DNA of 64,000 nucleotides, from positions 1 to 64,000 of IMG/VR virus record IMGVR_UViG_3300001683_000016, one strand, 5' to 3'. Made by a program: the position numbers and the translations under genes. This document shows positions 40,594 to 49,807 of this stretch, piece by piece. The DNA is from a virus. The number at the start of each line of letters is the position of its first letter. Within the stretch, counting starts at the first letter, position 1. A model generated the notes under the pieces. It was not told where the DNA came from. It made no database searches and saw only the letters and a list, made by a program, of their open reading frames with translations.

Positions 40594-41528
40594 GCGTCCA
40601 CCCCCATGAGGGATTTGAGTATGTAATCTGCGGCTGTCTGAGCACTACTAAACGCTTGACTGAGAGCCTTATCTTTATCTTTACACGCAGCCAACCATGA
40701 CTTAAGGTAGGCTTGACTGTTAGCATTATCCTCAACTACTGAGTCAGGTTTGAACTCTCCGCCTAGTGTGAGTGTCACGATTAACTGCCCCATTTCAGCA
40801 ATCAATTCTTCATAGGCATACTCAGGTGAACCAAAGGCAGACTTGAGTGGCCTCTCAACTCTGTTGACATGACCTGTACTATGAATAGCCTCATGGAATG
40901 CGGTCATTACTTCACCAATAGGTGAGATGAATGATTCATGTGGTGGCATTACAATATCATCTTTCTCTGACGAGTAGTATGCACGTACACCTTTGCGATG
41001 CAGGACAAGTGTATCCTGTGATGCTATGTAATCGTTGAAGTGAACCATCATCTCAGACTCAGGCACTACCTCAACCTCTTCTACATCAGGTGCTACATAA
41101 TCGACACATTGTTCAACACAAAATACAGTGTACCATCGTGTTAGCCATCTGCTGCGTGTCTCTTCTTCTCCGTCATCGTTCTCAACAATGAACTTACTAC
41201 GCTTGAAGAACTGTATGTTCACGCCATCACCATTAGTCAAGCCTTCTATTGAGTAACCTTTGCTTAATAATTGTTTACGAGTAGCAAAACGAAGGTCAGT
41301 CCATCCTCGTACCATACCCTCTATCCATAGTTGTACTATATTTCCACCTCGATATGCTTTCTTGCTAACCAAGTTATGTGGCATACTACCTGTACCACCA
41401 ACCCAAGGCTTGCGCCAAGGTAAGTTGTTGTCCGTTATAGCAGTGCTTAGGTTAGCAAACCATCGCTCTTGATTTTCCTGCTGCTTCATCTCTCCGTATG
41501 CCCTTTTCTGTTCTTTGTTCATTGTCAT
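40590..41528 (-). CDS. ardC: ArdC-like antirestriction protein (ssDNA-binding plus zincin)
   Basis: PWRKPW, YRGGN, T.KQ, VF.VEQ, AYY, HEAIHSTGH, YAYEELIAE, Y..SWL. Confidence 0.9.
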   Translation of the reverse strand: MTMNKEQKRAYGEMKQQENQERWFANLSTAITDNNLPWRKPWVGGTGSMPHNLVSKKAYRGGNIVQLWIEGMVRGWTDLRFATRKQLLSKGYSIEGLTNGDGVNIQFFKRSKFIVENDDGEEETRSRWLTRWYTVFCVEQCVDYVAPDVEEVEVVPESEMMVHFNDYIASQDTLVLHRKGVRAYYSSEKDDIVMPPHESFISPIGEVMTAFHEAIHSTGHVNRVERPLKSAFGSPEYAYEELIAEMGQLIVTLTLGGEFKPDSVVEDNANSQAYLKSWLAACKDKDKALSQAFSSAQTAADYILKSLMGVDA

Positions 41529-41548
41529 CTTTTCATCTCCCTTCTTAT

Positions 41549-41571
41549 TTCATTCATTGTTTAAGTAGTCA
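41549..41571 (-). promoter_or_regulatory. promoter motif variant
   Basis: TGACTACTTAAACAATGAATGAA upstream of ardC. Confidence 0.8.
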
Positions 41572-41661
41572 TTTATTTAACGACTATCATATCATCTACT
41601 CGTAGTCGTTTAATTTCTGCAATCAACAAACTGCTTAGGTATCTTATTGCATCTTTTACTC

Positions 41662-41862
41662 TCATTCAATCACCTCGTAGTCTGTTGAGTCAAGTAAGAA
41701 ACCTAACTCAGTAGTGTCACCTTCTGCATTTTGTATGAACACAAGTCCTCTACTCTCCCAATTTGGTTGGTTAGTAGCATGAACAGCATCGTATATTTTA
41801 TCCTTAGACACCTGTATTCCTGAGCCTAGCATCTTGAAATCATTCAATGGTCTTACTCTCAT
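41662..41862 (-). CDS. hypothetical protein
   Basis: Coupled ORF. Confidence 0.55.
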   Translation of the reverse strand: MRVRPLNDFKMLGSGIQVSKDKIYDAVHATNQPNWESRGLVFIQNAEGDTTELGFLLDSTDYEVIE

Positions 41863-42287
41863 TCAATCATCTCCTTCTCATATACTTGAGGGTACTTTGG
41901 ATGTGTACTATACAACATCACTCTGTTGTCATTGTGAATCCAATACACATCACCGAAAGGATATACTGTTGCTTCATCAGCATTTGTATTCATATCCTGT
42001 ATGAACCATTCCCAATTCTTTTGGAACACATAGAATCCTTGTGGTAAGTGTTCATTCAGTCGTGCCTTCGTGGTGACTGTTCTCCAACCACCATCCAACA
42101 GTTCAATCCTATCTTTGTGGATAATCATAATCAAATTACCATGTAACCTGATTTCATAGGCACAGTAACAGATGTTTCCAATATATGTGCACGTGCCTCT
42201 ATGCAACCGTGTGTTGTTTCCAATGGGCTTACCCTTCTTCTTGTCTCTCGCTGTTTCCATCAGTCTTTGTGCTGTATTCCAATTCAT
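41859..42287 (-). CDS. conserved phage early protein
   Basis: LHGNLI...DGGWRTVTTKARLN...VFQKNWEWF pattern. Confidence 0.7.
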   Translation of the reverse strand: MNWNTAQRLMETARDKKKGKPIGNNTRLHRGTCTYIGNICYCAYEIRLHGNLIMIIHKDRIELLDGGWRTVTTKARLNEHLPQGFYVFQKNWEWFIQDMNTNADEATVYPFGDVYWIHNDNRVMLYSTHPKYPQVYEKEMIE

Positions 42288-42308
42288 TCATCATCACTCC
42301 TTTCCTAT

Positions 42309-42333
42309 TTCATTCTTTGTTTAAGTAGTCAAT
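42309..42333 (-). promoter_or_regulatory. conserved promoter motif
   Basis: Exact copy. Confidence 0.8.
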
Positions 42334-42668
42334 GTTTATTCTCCGATGGTTATGCGTTCCATGCTAACATTCGTAGTCCATCTATCTCATCACAAAGACT
42401 GATGATTTCATCTTCATGTGTTTGTTTGTATTCATCCGTGAGAGCGATAGCATCCTTGAGGGCTTGCTTAAGCGCATGGTTCTCCTTCTTCAATCTCCAA
42501 TATCCTGCTTGAAACTTATTCATTCATCATCACCTATCTCTCGACCTCTAATCCAGTCACCAGTGTCGCTACATTCAAAACATACATTACATTCACCGTG
42601 TATTGTATGGTCGTGCCATCCTTCATCATCACCATCTACTAATCTATTACATTCATCACATCTTTCAA

Positions 42669-43111
42669 TCATTCATCATCACCTGCAATCATCTTGTAAA
42701 CATCAGGTGCAAATTCACGCATCCATGTTTTGTATCTTTGTAGTTCATGTACTTCTGTGAGCAGGTCATCGTAAATCTCTAAGTTGCGTTTCCATTGAGG
42801 CTCATCTTCTCCTATGTCTATGAAGTCAAGGAATAGTTGCCTCATGTTTTGCGCGGGAGAAAGCATCCATTCGTATATACCGCCTTCAACTAACATGACG
42901 ACACCACCGTAAGCACAAGGTTAGGCACATCACCCTCGTGTATTTCACAGTCACATTGAATGTTGAAGTTGGCAATCGGTATGCCATTATCACGCCCCGT
43001 CCATAAGTAGGACAAGTCAATGGGGCAGCAGCACGTTAAGCACTCCACACCAACATTGGCTAGAATGTCGTTCGTCGTTATGGCAAAGTCTGAGGTTACT
43101 ATTTCAGTCAT
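42669..43111 (-). CDS. two small early ORFs (42669-42896, 42890-43111)
   Basis: Directly downstream of the 43121 promoter copy. Confidence 0.55.
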
Positions 43112-43120
43112 GGTACTACA

Positions 43121-43145
43121 TTCATTCTTTGTTTAAGTAGTCAAT
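43121..43145 (-). promoter_or_regulatory. conserved promoter motif
   Basis: Exact copy; ATG 10 nt past the motif. Confidence 0.8.
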
Positions 43146-43188
43146 GTTTATTCTATCGCTCCTGTGAGAGCATGAGGGTAAAGGGTTG

Positions 43189-43304
43189 CTGTCCGAAGAT
43201 TCCGATTATTCGTTTATACGATTAGACAATTGTATTAGTACGGTAGTCTCTCTTCTATATATAATATTCTTAATGTATAGATAATACATTAGACAAGTCG
43301 GAAT
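43189..43304. repeat. palindromic element, copy 2 of 3
   Basis: ctgtccgaagattccgatt...tatataatattcttaatgtatagataatacattaga..gtcggaat; aligns with 55065-55136. Confidence 0.65.
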
Positions 43305-43595
43305 ATTGCTTTCAATTATGTGAATCTGTTCTGTCCTCACGTGTGTATGTGCATATGAGCAGAATCCATACAGACTGTGCAGATTCACGGTGTGTGAATT
43401 GAAACCACCAAAATCAGTAGGCTCGCTTATGTGTGAGTGGACTGGTTGGCTGTCGCTCTCGTAGAAGAAGCAGTTTATTTTCTGAGTAGCACAGACTTAC
43501 CACCCGTATGGTTGGAGAGGATTCCGAGAGATACGCAAGGCGTATTCGAGATAAAGAATCCGAATCCAAGCCACGCGTAACGCTTACGCTAGACC

Positions 43596-43671
43596 AAAAA
43601 AAATGCCCACCCCGCGAGTGCAGGGTGAGCGTAATGGGTGCTGACCCCCTGCGAGTGTACCCGCAGAGGGC
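43596..43671 (-). terminator. double GC hairpin plus T8 tract
   Basis: Minus strand GCCCTCTGCGGGTACACTCGCAGGGGGT and GCTCACCCTGCACTCGCGGGGTGGGC, then ATTTTTTTT; downstream of the 43714-44496 gene. Confidence 0.7.
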
Positions 43672-43713
43672 TTGTGTAATGCTACGAATCTCGTGTACTC
43701 GTGTGCTACTTGT

Positions 43714-44496
43714 TCACGATAGGAACTTAGCCATGTACGCCTTAGCGCCCTTGACTGTGCTTGCTTTGCTACCTAGTTGACGAGCCGCCGCGATGATTGC
43801 GTCGTCTGCACTCATGGCTGCATCACTTGTGATGGTGGTGTCTGCATCCACTTTCACGTATGTGCCTTGATACACGATTGCAAGTGCTAGTCTCTTTGCT
43901 TTCGTTTCTTTGTTCATCTTAAGGGTTGGCTGTCCGGTGTTCCACCAGTTAGCGCCAAAGTTGCATTTCTGAGCGCACCATAACTTTCGTGCTTTCTTCT
44001 CAGATACACATGCTCGACCTGCTCCTTCTTTGTCGGTTACGCCCTCTGCAAACCATACTCCGCCGTCTGCTTGTGCCTTAGCCAAGTCAACCTCACGCTT
44101 TGCGCTTTTGATGGCACGCTTGTCCTCTCTGCGTGCTCTGTTCAACCCGTATGCAAAGACGTTCACTTCGTTGCCTTTGTTCTTGCCACTCGTTAGAATG
44201 TGGGTCAGTTCCATGCCGTGAGCACTAGGTGTAAGACCTGATGCCGGTGACCAACCTGTACCTATGGTAGTTTGGCAAAAGCGTGCTAGTATGGCTAATG
44301 CTTGCTTAGGTGTGAGCGTGGTGTCTGCCACCTTCTCATCGTAGATGGGGTTAGGGTATGCACCTGTTACATCCCATCGCCCTATGCTCACCTTGGCTTT
44401 GCCTTTTCCTTTGCTGACAGCCATTAGGCTGCGCAAGAGCGTGGCAATACGCTCAATCATCGTTGTTTTCGCTACTGTATCATCAGTTGTCGTCAT
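43714..44496 (-). CDS. first gene of the early arm, basic Ala/Lys-rich hypothetical protein
   Basis: Own promoter, GGAGG RBS and terminator; start MTTTDD. Confidence 0.75.
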   Translation of the reverse strand: MTTTDDTVAKTTMIERIATLLRSLMAVSKGKGKAKVSIGRWDVTGAYPNPIYDEKVADTTLTPKQALAILARFCQTTIGTGWSPASGLTPSAHGMELTHILTSGKNKGNEVNVFAYGLNRARREDKRAIKSAKREVDLAKAQADGGVWFAEGVTDKEGAGRACVSEKKARKLWCAQKCNFGANWWNTGQPTLKMNKETKAKRLALAIVYQGTYVKVDADTTITSDAAMSADDAIIAAARQLGSKASTVKGAKAYMAKFLS

Positions 44497-44518
44497 TTCA
44501 GATTCCTCCACACCCTCT

Positions 44519-44543
44519 TTCATTCATTGTTTAAGTAGTCAAT
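44519..44543 (-). promoter_or_regulatory. conserved promoter motif (outermost copy)
   Basis: ATTGACTACTTAAACAATGAATGAA. Confidence 0.8.
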
Positions 44544-44577
44544 GTGGATTGAAGCCAAGAAAGAAAGAAATGGTTAG

Positions 44578-45058
44578 CATTACGCGGGTGTGCATTATGC
44601 AAAGCATTACGCCTTGTGTATAAGAAGAGGCATTTTTGCCCCAACCATACGGGTGGGGAATCCAAAGCGGTGCAAAGGGCTGGCGCTAAAGCGTGCTAAG
44701 TGTGAGGCGCGTTATGCCTAGCAGTACAGCGTTTATAGTGCCGCGACTTAGGTGCTTACGTGCATAGGTAAACGTACAAGCGTTACGCAAGGCGTAACGT
44801 GCGTTAGTCAAGCATTACGCTAGATTAACATGGCATTACGCTAAGAGCGTAATGTCCGACAGGCTCGCAGTACCCCATTACGCTAGAGCATTACGCTGGC
44901 TTAGCCGGAGCATTAGCATTACGCTATTAGCATTACGCTCTTATAGCCACACACAGCGCTTGAGCAAAAAAAATATTTTTGGTAAAAAAGCCCCTGCGTG
45001 TCTCATATATACAACAGTCAAGGTTTTAACATTACGCCAACTAAATATAACATTACGC
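44578..45058. repeat. CATTACGC octamer cluster at the strand switch (candidate origin or packaging/terminus region)
   Basis: 10 direct copies, 1 inverted copy, and an A/T tract at about 44966-44989. Confidence 0.75.
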
Positions 45059-45070
45059 TGTCCGCTAATC

Positions 45071-45451
45071 ATGTCGGCGGCATTCGGTAATGCATGGAAT
45101 GTGCTCAAAGCGTTACCAAATCAGCAAGTTGAGATACCCGGTGCACGATATACTTCTCATGGGCCGCAGCCAGTAAAAACTATGCATCCGGGGATTGCTT
45201 CGTTGTTGGCGAGGAAGCCGGGTGCCAATATACAAAATCCTGATATGATTGATTCGCAAAATATGGAAATGCACATGAGTGGGGAAGAAAGGGGTGGTCC
45301 AGCGCAACTTTGGGACCCCGTTAATGAAAAAATGATAACATTACCTATGAGTGAATCGTCTATGTCTGATGTTCATATGAATGATTATGGCAAAAAGCCA
45401 AATTGGGCGCTTAACTCAGTAGGAAGATTGGCTAACGATGGTCAATCATAA
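45071..45451 (+). CDS. tagged protein (AFGNAWNVLK)
   Basis: ATG at 45071 gives the shared N-terminal tag. Confidence 0.7.
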   Translation: MSAAFGNAWNVLKALPNQQVEIPGARYTSHGPQPVKTMHPGIASLLARKPGANIQNPDMIDSQNMEMHMSGEERGGPAQLWDPVNEKMITLPMSESSMSDVHMNDYGKKPNWALNSVGRLANDGQS

Positions 45452-45539
45452 GGTCCTAGATTCATTGGCGACTCATTTTTGTTCCATGTTAAAGAGTAAC
45501 GGGCGGCAGTTCAAAATAGAGTAACGCTATGTGAGGAGC

Positions 45540-46286
45540 ATGGTGGCAGCGTTCGACCAAGCGTGGGCTTTGCTGAAGGCAGTAGAGTTCGACCCTTATG
45601 CTAAGGACATAAAGGAGGCTCGCCCCTTCAAAGCATATCGTAGTATTCCGACGAAGTTCCTCGATGAGGTGCTTTCCGAAGGCATACAGCCAAGAAGTGT
45701 AGAGCCATGGACGGAAAGGATGCAGAGAAGCGGCCTCAAGCCTGAAACGAGCGCCAGCAAAGCCCATGTTTGGTCACCGAGTGACAAAGGAGTGTGGTCG
45801 TTCATGCATAAAAGAGGTGCTTTACCCAATACCAAAGGGCAACAAGAACTGAGAGAATCATGGCCTTATGCCCCTGTGAGTCATCCTGCTCTGTCTGCGC
45901 GGTATTTTGCTGATAACTTTAGTCGTCGGGCGGCAGAAATAGCAGAGACACCTGAACATATTAAAAGCAAAAAAATGCTTGATGGGGTAAAATCATCATC
46001 GACTATGCCCCCTCAGTCATTTTGGGACGAATATGCGAAACTGAATGACAATCTCCAACACTCGATAGTAGGTTCCACTATATTACCTCCGGGCAAGAGA
46101 TTCGAGGACTTGGATTGGCACAAGGGTCGTGACTATGCGACAAAACCTATACTAACGACAGACCCAATACCAGCGAGATATTTAGATGAGGCTATCCCGT
46201 TAGACTTTCAAGGAAACGAAATCCGTTATACACAAGGTAGTCGCATACCAGATAATTTTCGTAATGAATGGGGGTTTAACGAATGA
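45540..46286 (+). CDS. tagged protein, ADP-ribosyltransferase-like
   Basis: AFDQAWALLK tag; AYRS...VLSEGIQP, GVWSF, DPIPARYL. Confidence 0.5.
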   Translation: MVAAFDQAWALLKAVEFDPYAKDIKEARPFKAYRSIPTKFLDEVLSEGIQPRSVEPWTERMQRSGLKPETSASKAHVWSPSDKGVWSFMHKRGALPNTKGQQELRESWPYAPVSHPALSARYFADNFSRRAAEIAETPEHIKSKKMLDGVKSSSTMPPQSFWDEYAKLNDNLQHSIVGSTILPPGKRFEDLDWHKGRDYATKPILTTDPIPARYLDEAIPLDFQGNEIRYTQGSRIPDNFRNEWGFNE

Positions 46287-46927
46287 ACCCCTTCAACCAA
46301 GCGTGGCTTTTGCTGAAGTCCGAAATGCTGTTGTGGCCCAAACAACTCAACAATTACCGCAGCCCCGACTCTGCCAAGAGCAAGCCTGAATTGAGAATGC
46401 CGGGGCAGTTCAAGAAGCCGAGCGCAGCCGGATTCACTCAATTGTATCAGAAACCCGGTTTGGCTCGTTCATACGTGTCTCTTCCCAATATGGAACAACC
46501 GGGAAGTAGGATTGGTCTGAATAGCACTCTTAATGACCCCGCTATATCGGATAAGGACAAGGCAGGAGTCCAAGGAAGATATGATGAGCGTTTAGCCCAC
46601 AATGTGATGGGAACTGATGTACACGAGGATACGCATGTTGCGATGGATAGGATTGGGGAGACTTCGGACAATCCTTACCACAATGAGTTACCAGCCCACA
46701 TAGCAGAGACGCTTCAATTCACGAGAAGGCCGAGAGAAACGATAAACTCCAATGATGTGGTGCTTCAAGACCTCGATAGCGGCATGTCCCCTACTGAAGT
46801 CGCAGTCAAACGTGGAAAACAAGGAGCGATGATGCATCAACAGGTTAGTGGAACTGGACCCGATAATGGGATGTACACAACTGTAGGGCCGCAGAAGTTC
46901 ACCTATACGGGGGAACAGGGACAATGA
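46283..46927 (+). CDS. tagged protein, zincin metallopeptidase-like
   Basis: MNPFNQAWLLLK tag; HEDTH followed by NELPAH. Confidence 0.55.
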   Translation: MNPFNQAWLLLKSEMLLWPKQLNNYRSPDSAKSKPELRMPGQFKKPSAAGFTQLYQKPGLARSYVSLPNMEQPGSRIGLNSTLNDPAISDKDKAGVQGRYDERLAHNVMGTDVHEDTHVAMDRIGETSDNPYHNELPAHIAETLQFTRRPRETINSNDVVLQDLDSGMSPTEVAVKRGKQGAMMHQQVSGTGPDNGMYTTVGPQKFTYTGEQGQ

Positions 46928-47982
46928 ACCCCTTCGACCAAGCGTGGGTTTTGCTGAAACAAGAAGATAATAGAGATGAGATGATTGAAGGTGCATACCC
47001 TCACGAAACTCATTTGTGCAAACATTGTGGCTATCCCATCTATCACCATTGGCAACAAGGGCAAGGTGATGGAAGTCACCCACCGCAAGAGGTGTGGAGT
47101 GGTGAAGATGATGAAGGCGGAAACTGTTCAAGCCCAAGTGGATTTTGTGAGCCGGGAGAATCTCTCGGTAGGACATATCAAAGTGGTGAACCAATTGAGG
47201 CCACACCCGAATCGCACCCGAATCAAATCTACTTGAATGGGCGATTGGTTGATGCGAATGATTGGACAGACGAGCATGAAGCAGAAGTGAATGCTAACAA
47301 AGACCCGGAATCGGGCCAGCCGCTAGTCAATTGGAATGATACTTGGGATTGGAATAAGGATATTCAAACAGGCGAACCTATGGAAGTCGCTATGCGGTTG
47401 TTGAAGGATGATGACCCTCTGCAACATGTTGGGACATTTCTCAATCAATTAACACCGGATGATACGGGGGTTGAAAGATTAGGCGACCATACTGTTCACT
47501 TTGAAGGATTTACTGATATGTGCAATCTGTCAATCACACCTAATTGCCCTGCTGAACAATTACACCAAGAAGTGTGGGATGACTTTGATAAGCGACAAGG
47601 GCAAGAAGCCATCCATAGAGGTAAATGGGGTACGGAAGAAAACCCTACTATTTATTCTGTATATCATACACCGCAAGATGAGGTCAAAACAGGCGAACCT
47701 ATGGACATCGCCATGCGGTTGTTGAAGGGGCGTAACCTTTCACCAGCAGCACGTAAACACAAGTTGGAATACGATACAAAATACGAGTCTAACCCTAAAA
47801 GGGTCAAATATAGAGTTGACCTGAATCGTGAAAGACGGCGCAGGGGCATCTATGGTTCGGGCAACCGTAAAGATGTGAGTCATACCGAAGGTGGTAAACT
47901 CACCTTAGAAAACGAACACGATAATAGGGCTAGGCACTTTAAGGGTAAAGGCACACTTCGCAGAGTTAAGGTGAAGAAATGA
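46924..47982 (+). CDS. tagged polyprotein (Zn finger / unknown / HNH-like)
   Basis: N-terminal tag plus two internal TGEPMxxAMRLLK; CKHCG; C-terminal DVSH...NRAR. Confidence 0.7.
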   Translation: MNPFDQAWVLLKQEDNRDEMIEGAYPHETHLCKHCGYPIYHHWQQGQGDGSHPPQEVWSGEDDEGGNCSSPSGFCEPGESLGRTYQSGEPIEATPESHPNQIYLNGRLVDANDWTDEHEAEVNANKDPESGQPLVNWNDTWDWNKDIQTGEPMEVAMRLLKDDDPLQHVGTFLNQLTPDDTGVERLGDHTVHFEGFTDMCNLSITPNCPAEQLHQEVWDDFDKRQGQEAIHRGKWGTEENPTIYSVYHTPQDEVKTGEPMDIAMRLLKGRNLSPAARKHKLEYDTKYESNPKRVKYRVDLNRERRRRGIYGSGNRKDVSHTEGGKLTLENEHDNRARHFKGKGTLRRVKVKK

Positions 47983-48476
47983 ACCCCTTCAACCAAGCGT
48001 GGCTTTTGCTGAAGGCACCCATTTATGAAACAGGTATTCCCAACATCAATTTTGTTACACAAGGCCCATTTCCAGACCCTTTTTGGAGGGAAGAGGAAAA
48101 TGTATACGGCTACGTTCCTGATGACCCAAAAGGGAATGCGTATGGCTATTATGATGAAGGAAATGAGGTTGGGGAGATTCAACATATGACACCCGGTGAA
48201 TACGGAAAAATGACTACTGGTGAGGAAAAGGGTGGTATGTATGTTGACGCATTGGGAAGAAAAAAGTCTCCAAGAGAGTCAGATGACACTTTCTATCAAG
48301 AGTTGATGGATAGGGCACAAGCGGGAGAGAACGTCAAGTTCGGTATGCCGTATGTTTTTCCCGATTTTGAGCCTGAAACATATCATGATGGGAGACATAG
48401 AATGGCTGAACTCTTCGCTCGTGGTCATGGTGATACACCCTTACCAGTCAAAGTCATGAGGGGGACTCACGGATGA
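47979..48476 (+). CDS. tagged protein, ParB/Srx-like
   Basis: MNPFNQAWLLLK tag; MTPGEY, HDGRHR...G...LPV. Confidence 0.55.
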   Translation: MNPFNQAWLLLKAPIYETGIPNINFVTQGPFPDPFWREEENVYGYVPDDPKGNAYGYYDEGNEVGEIQHMTPGEYGKMTTGEEKGGMYVDALGRKKSPRESDDTFYQELMDRAQAGENVKFGMPYVFPDFEPETYHDGRHRMAELFARGHGDTPLPVKVMRGTHG

Positions 48477-48946
48477 ACCCCTTTGACCGAGCGTGGGCTT
48501 TGCTCAAACAAGATACGCGTCAAAGTACGTTAGGTGAGTATCATCCTGATTTTCCTTCCCCATATGGCGATGTGAAGTATTACCATGGGACAACAGTAGA
48601 GCCAGCGTCGAGAATTAACTTTGAAGGGTTGAAGCCGACGGAACCTTCCACGCTAGGGTGGAATCGAAAACTAAGTGGAATGTTTCCTAAAGGTGTATAT
48701 GCAACCGATAATAAAGATGTAGCAGCCGATTATGCCCACACGAGAGGGCAAAATAGGAATCAACAGGGTCGAATATTTGGAATAAGGGAAGGGGCACCCC
48801 AACAAGCAAATCCTACAACGCCGTTAACGCCGAATGCGCCCGATAACGTATTTCGATATGACGAAAAAATACCGAGACAGTATCTTACTCCGGTAGATTA
48901 CCCAAGTGAGAAACTTGTCCCATATTTTAGGTACGGAGATGAGTGA
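48473..48946 (+). CDS. tagged protein, ADP-ribosyltransferase (H-Y type, Tpt1/Arr-like)
   Basis: MNPFDRAWALLK tag; YYHGT, I..EGL, GVYAT, A..YA, IPRQYL. Confidence 0.65.
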   Translation: MNPFDRAWALLKQDTRQSTLGEYHPDFPSPYGDVKYYHGTTVEPASRINFEGLKPTEPSTLGWNRKLSGMFPKGVYATDNKDVAADYAHTRGQNRNQQGRIFGIREGAPQQANPTTPLTPNAPDNVFRYDEKIPRQYLTPVDYPSEKLVPYFRYGDE

Positions 48947-49795
48947 ATGAGTGACTTCTCCATTTACGAAGTTGGTCCACGCGACGGTCTACAGAGCGCC
49001 GACACAATAACATCAACATATGACAAAGTAACCCTGATACGAAAAATTGCTAAGGCCGGTATCAAAAATATCGAAGTTGGCTCAATGGTCAATCCTGACA
49101 GAGTTCCTAATATGGCCGATAGCGATGTGGTTTTTCTCAAGGTTCAAGATTTAGCGCCTGAGCACAATCTCGGTGTCTTAGTGCCTAATCGCAGGGGAGT
49201 TGAGAGAGGAAAGGCTGTAGGTGTGGAAAAGTTCAATATTTTTTTCTCGCCGTCCAACTTTTTCAATGTCAATAACTTCGGAAAGAGCCTAAATACGATT
49301 TTTGCTGAATATTGTGGTGCATTAGACGGAATCCGACCCGAAAACGTTAGAGTATACCTTTCTACAGCCTTTGGATGTCCCATAATAGGTGAAATACCGC
49401 AAGAAGATATGTTAAAAACCATGGAATGGGCTAATACGCTGGGTGATACTATCGTTTTGTCTGATACAATTGGCAATGCTAACCCGTCCTTAATTCGTAA
49501 AGTGATGCGTTTAACTGACAGAAAAATAGATGCTAAGATAGCACTACATCTACATCATGGATTTAGAGAGGGTAGAATGTATGATAACTTGTCTGCTGGC
49601 TTTGATTGTGGGATAACTCAGTTCGATTCAAGCATTGGTGGGATGGGCGGATGTCCGTTTATACCGGGTTCAGGGGGCAATTTAGCCACTGAACAATTAG
49701 TACGCTGGGGTAGTAAAGAGAATCTTGATTGTGGTGTTACGATTAAAGATTTAGAACCGCTAATGAAGTTTGTAAATACTAGAATAAAAGTATAG
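48947..49795 (+). CDS. hmgL: hydroxymethylglutaryl-CoA lyase (DRE-TIM)
   Basis: EVGPRDGLQ, VPNMAD, AFGCP, DTIG, HLH, GGCPF..G..GNLATE. Confidence 0.92.
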   Translation: MSDFSIYEVGPRDGLQSADTITSTYDKVTLIRKIAKAGIKNIEVGSMVNPDRVPNMADSDVVFLKVQDLAPEHNLGVLVPNRRGVERGKAVGVEKFNIFFSPSNFFNVNNFGKSLNTIFAEYCGALDGIRPENVRVYLSTAFGCPIIGEIPQEDMLKTMEWANTLGDTIVLSDTIGNANPSLIRKVMRLTDRKIDAKIALHLHHGFREGRMYDNLSAGFDCGITQFDSSIGGMGGCPFIPGSGGNLATEQLVRWGSKENLDCGVTIKDLEPLMKFVNTRIKV

Positions 49796-49807
49796 CGTTA
49801 ATAGCAA

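Noticed and set aside
35590-41610. Shared 12-mer AACGACTATCAT near two promoter copies (35590 and 41579)
   Set aside because: Only two short copies, too weak to call a regulatory site
1048-42760. Plus-strand ORFs in the left arm, and minus-strand ORFs in the right arm other than 49808..50629
   Set aside because: Antisense shadows of well-supported genes
43206-43780. ORFs 43206..43388 (-) and 43508..43780 (+)
   Set aside because: They overlap the palindromic element and the terminator, and have no clear RBS or motif
44852-45070. N-terminal 73 aa of ORF 44852..45451
   Set aside because: Translates the CATTACGC repeat region; ATG 45071 gives the family tag and is the likelier start
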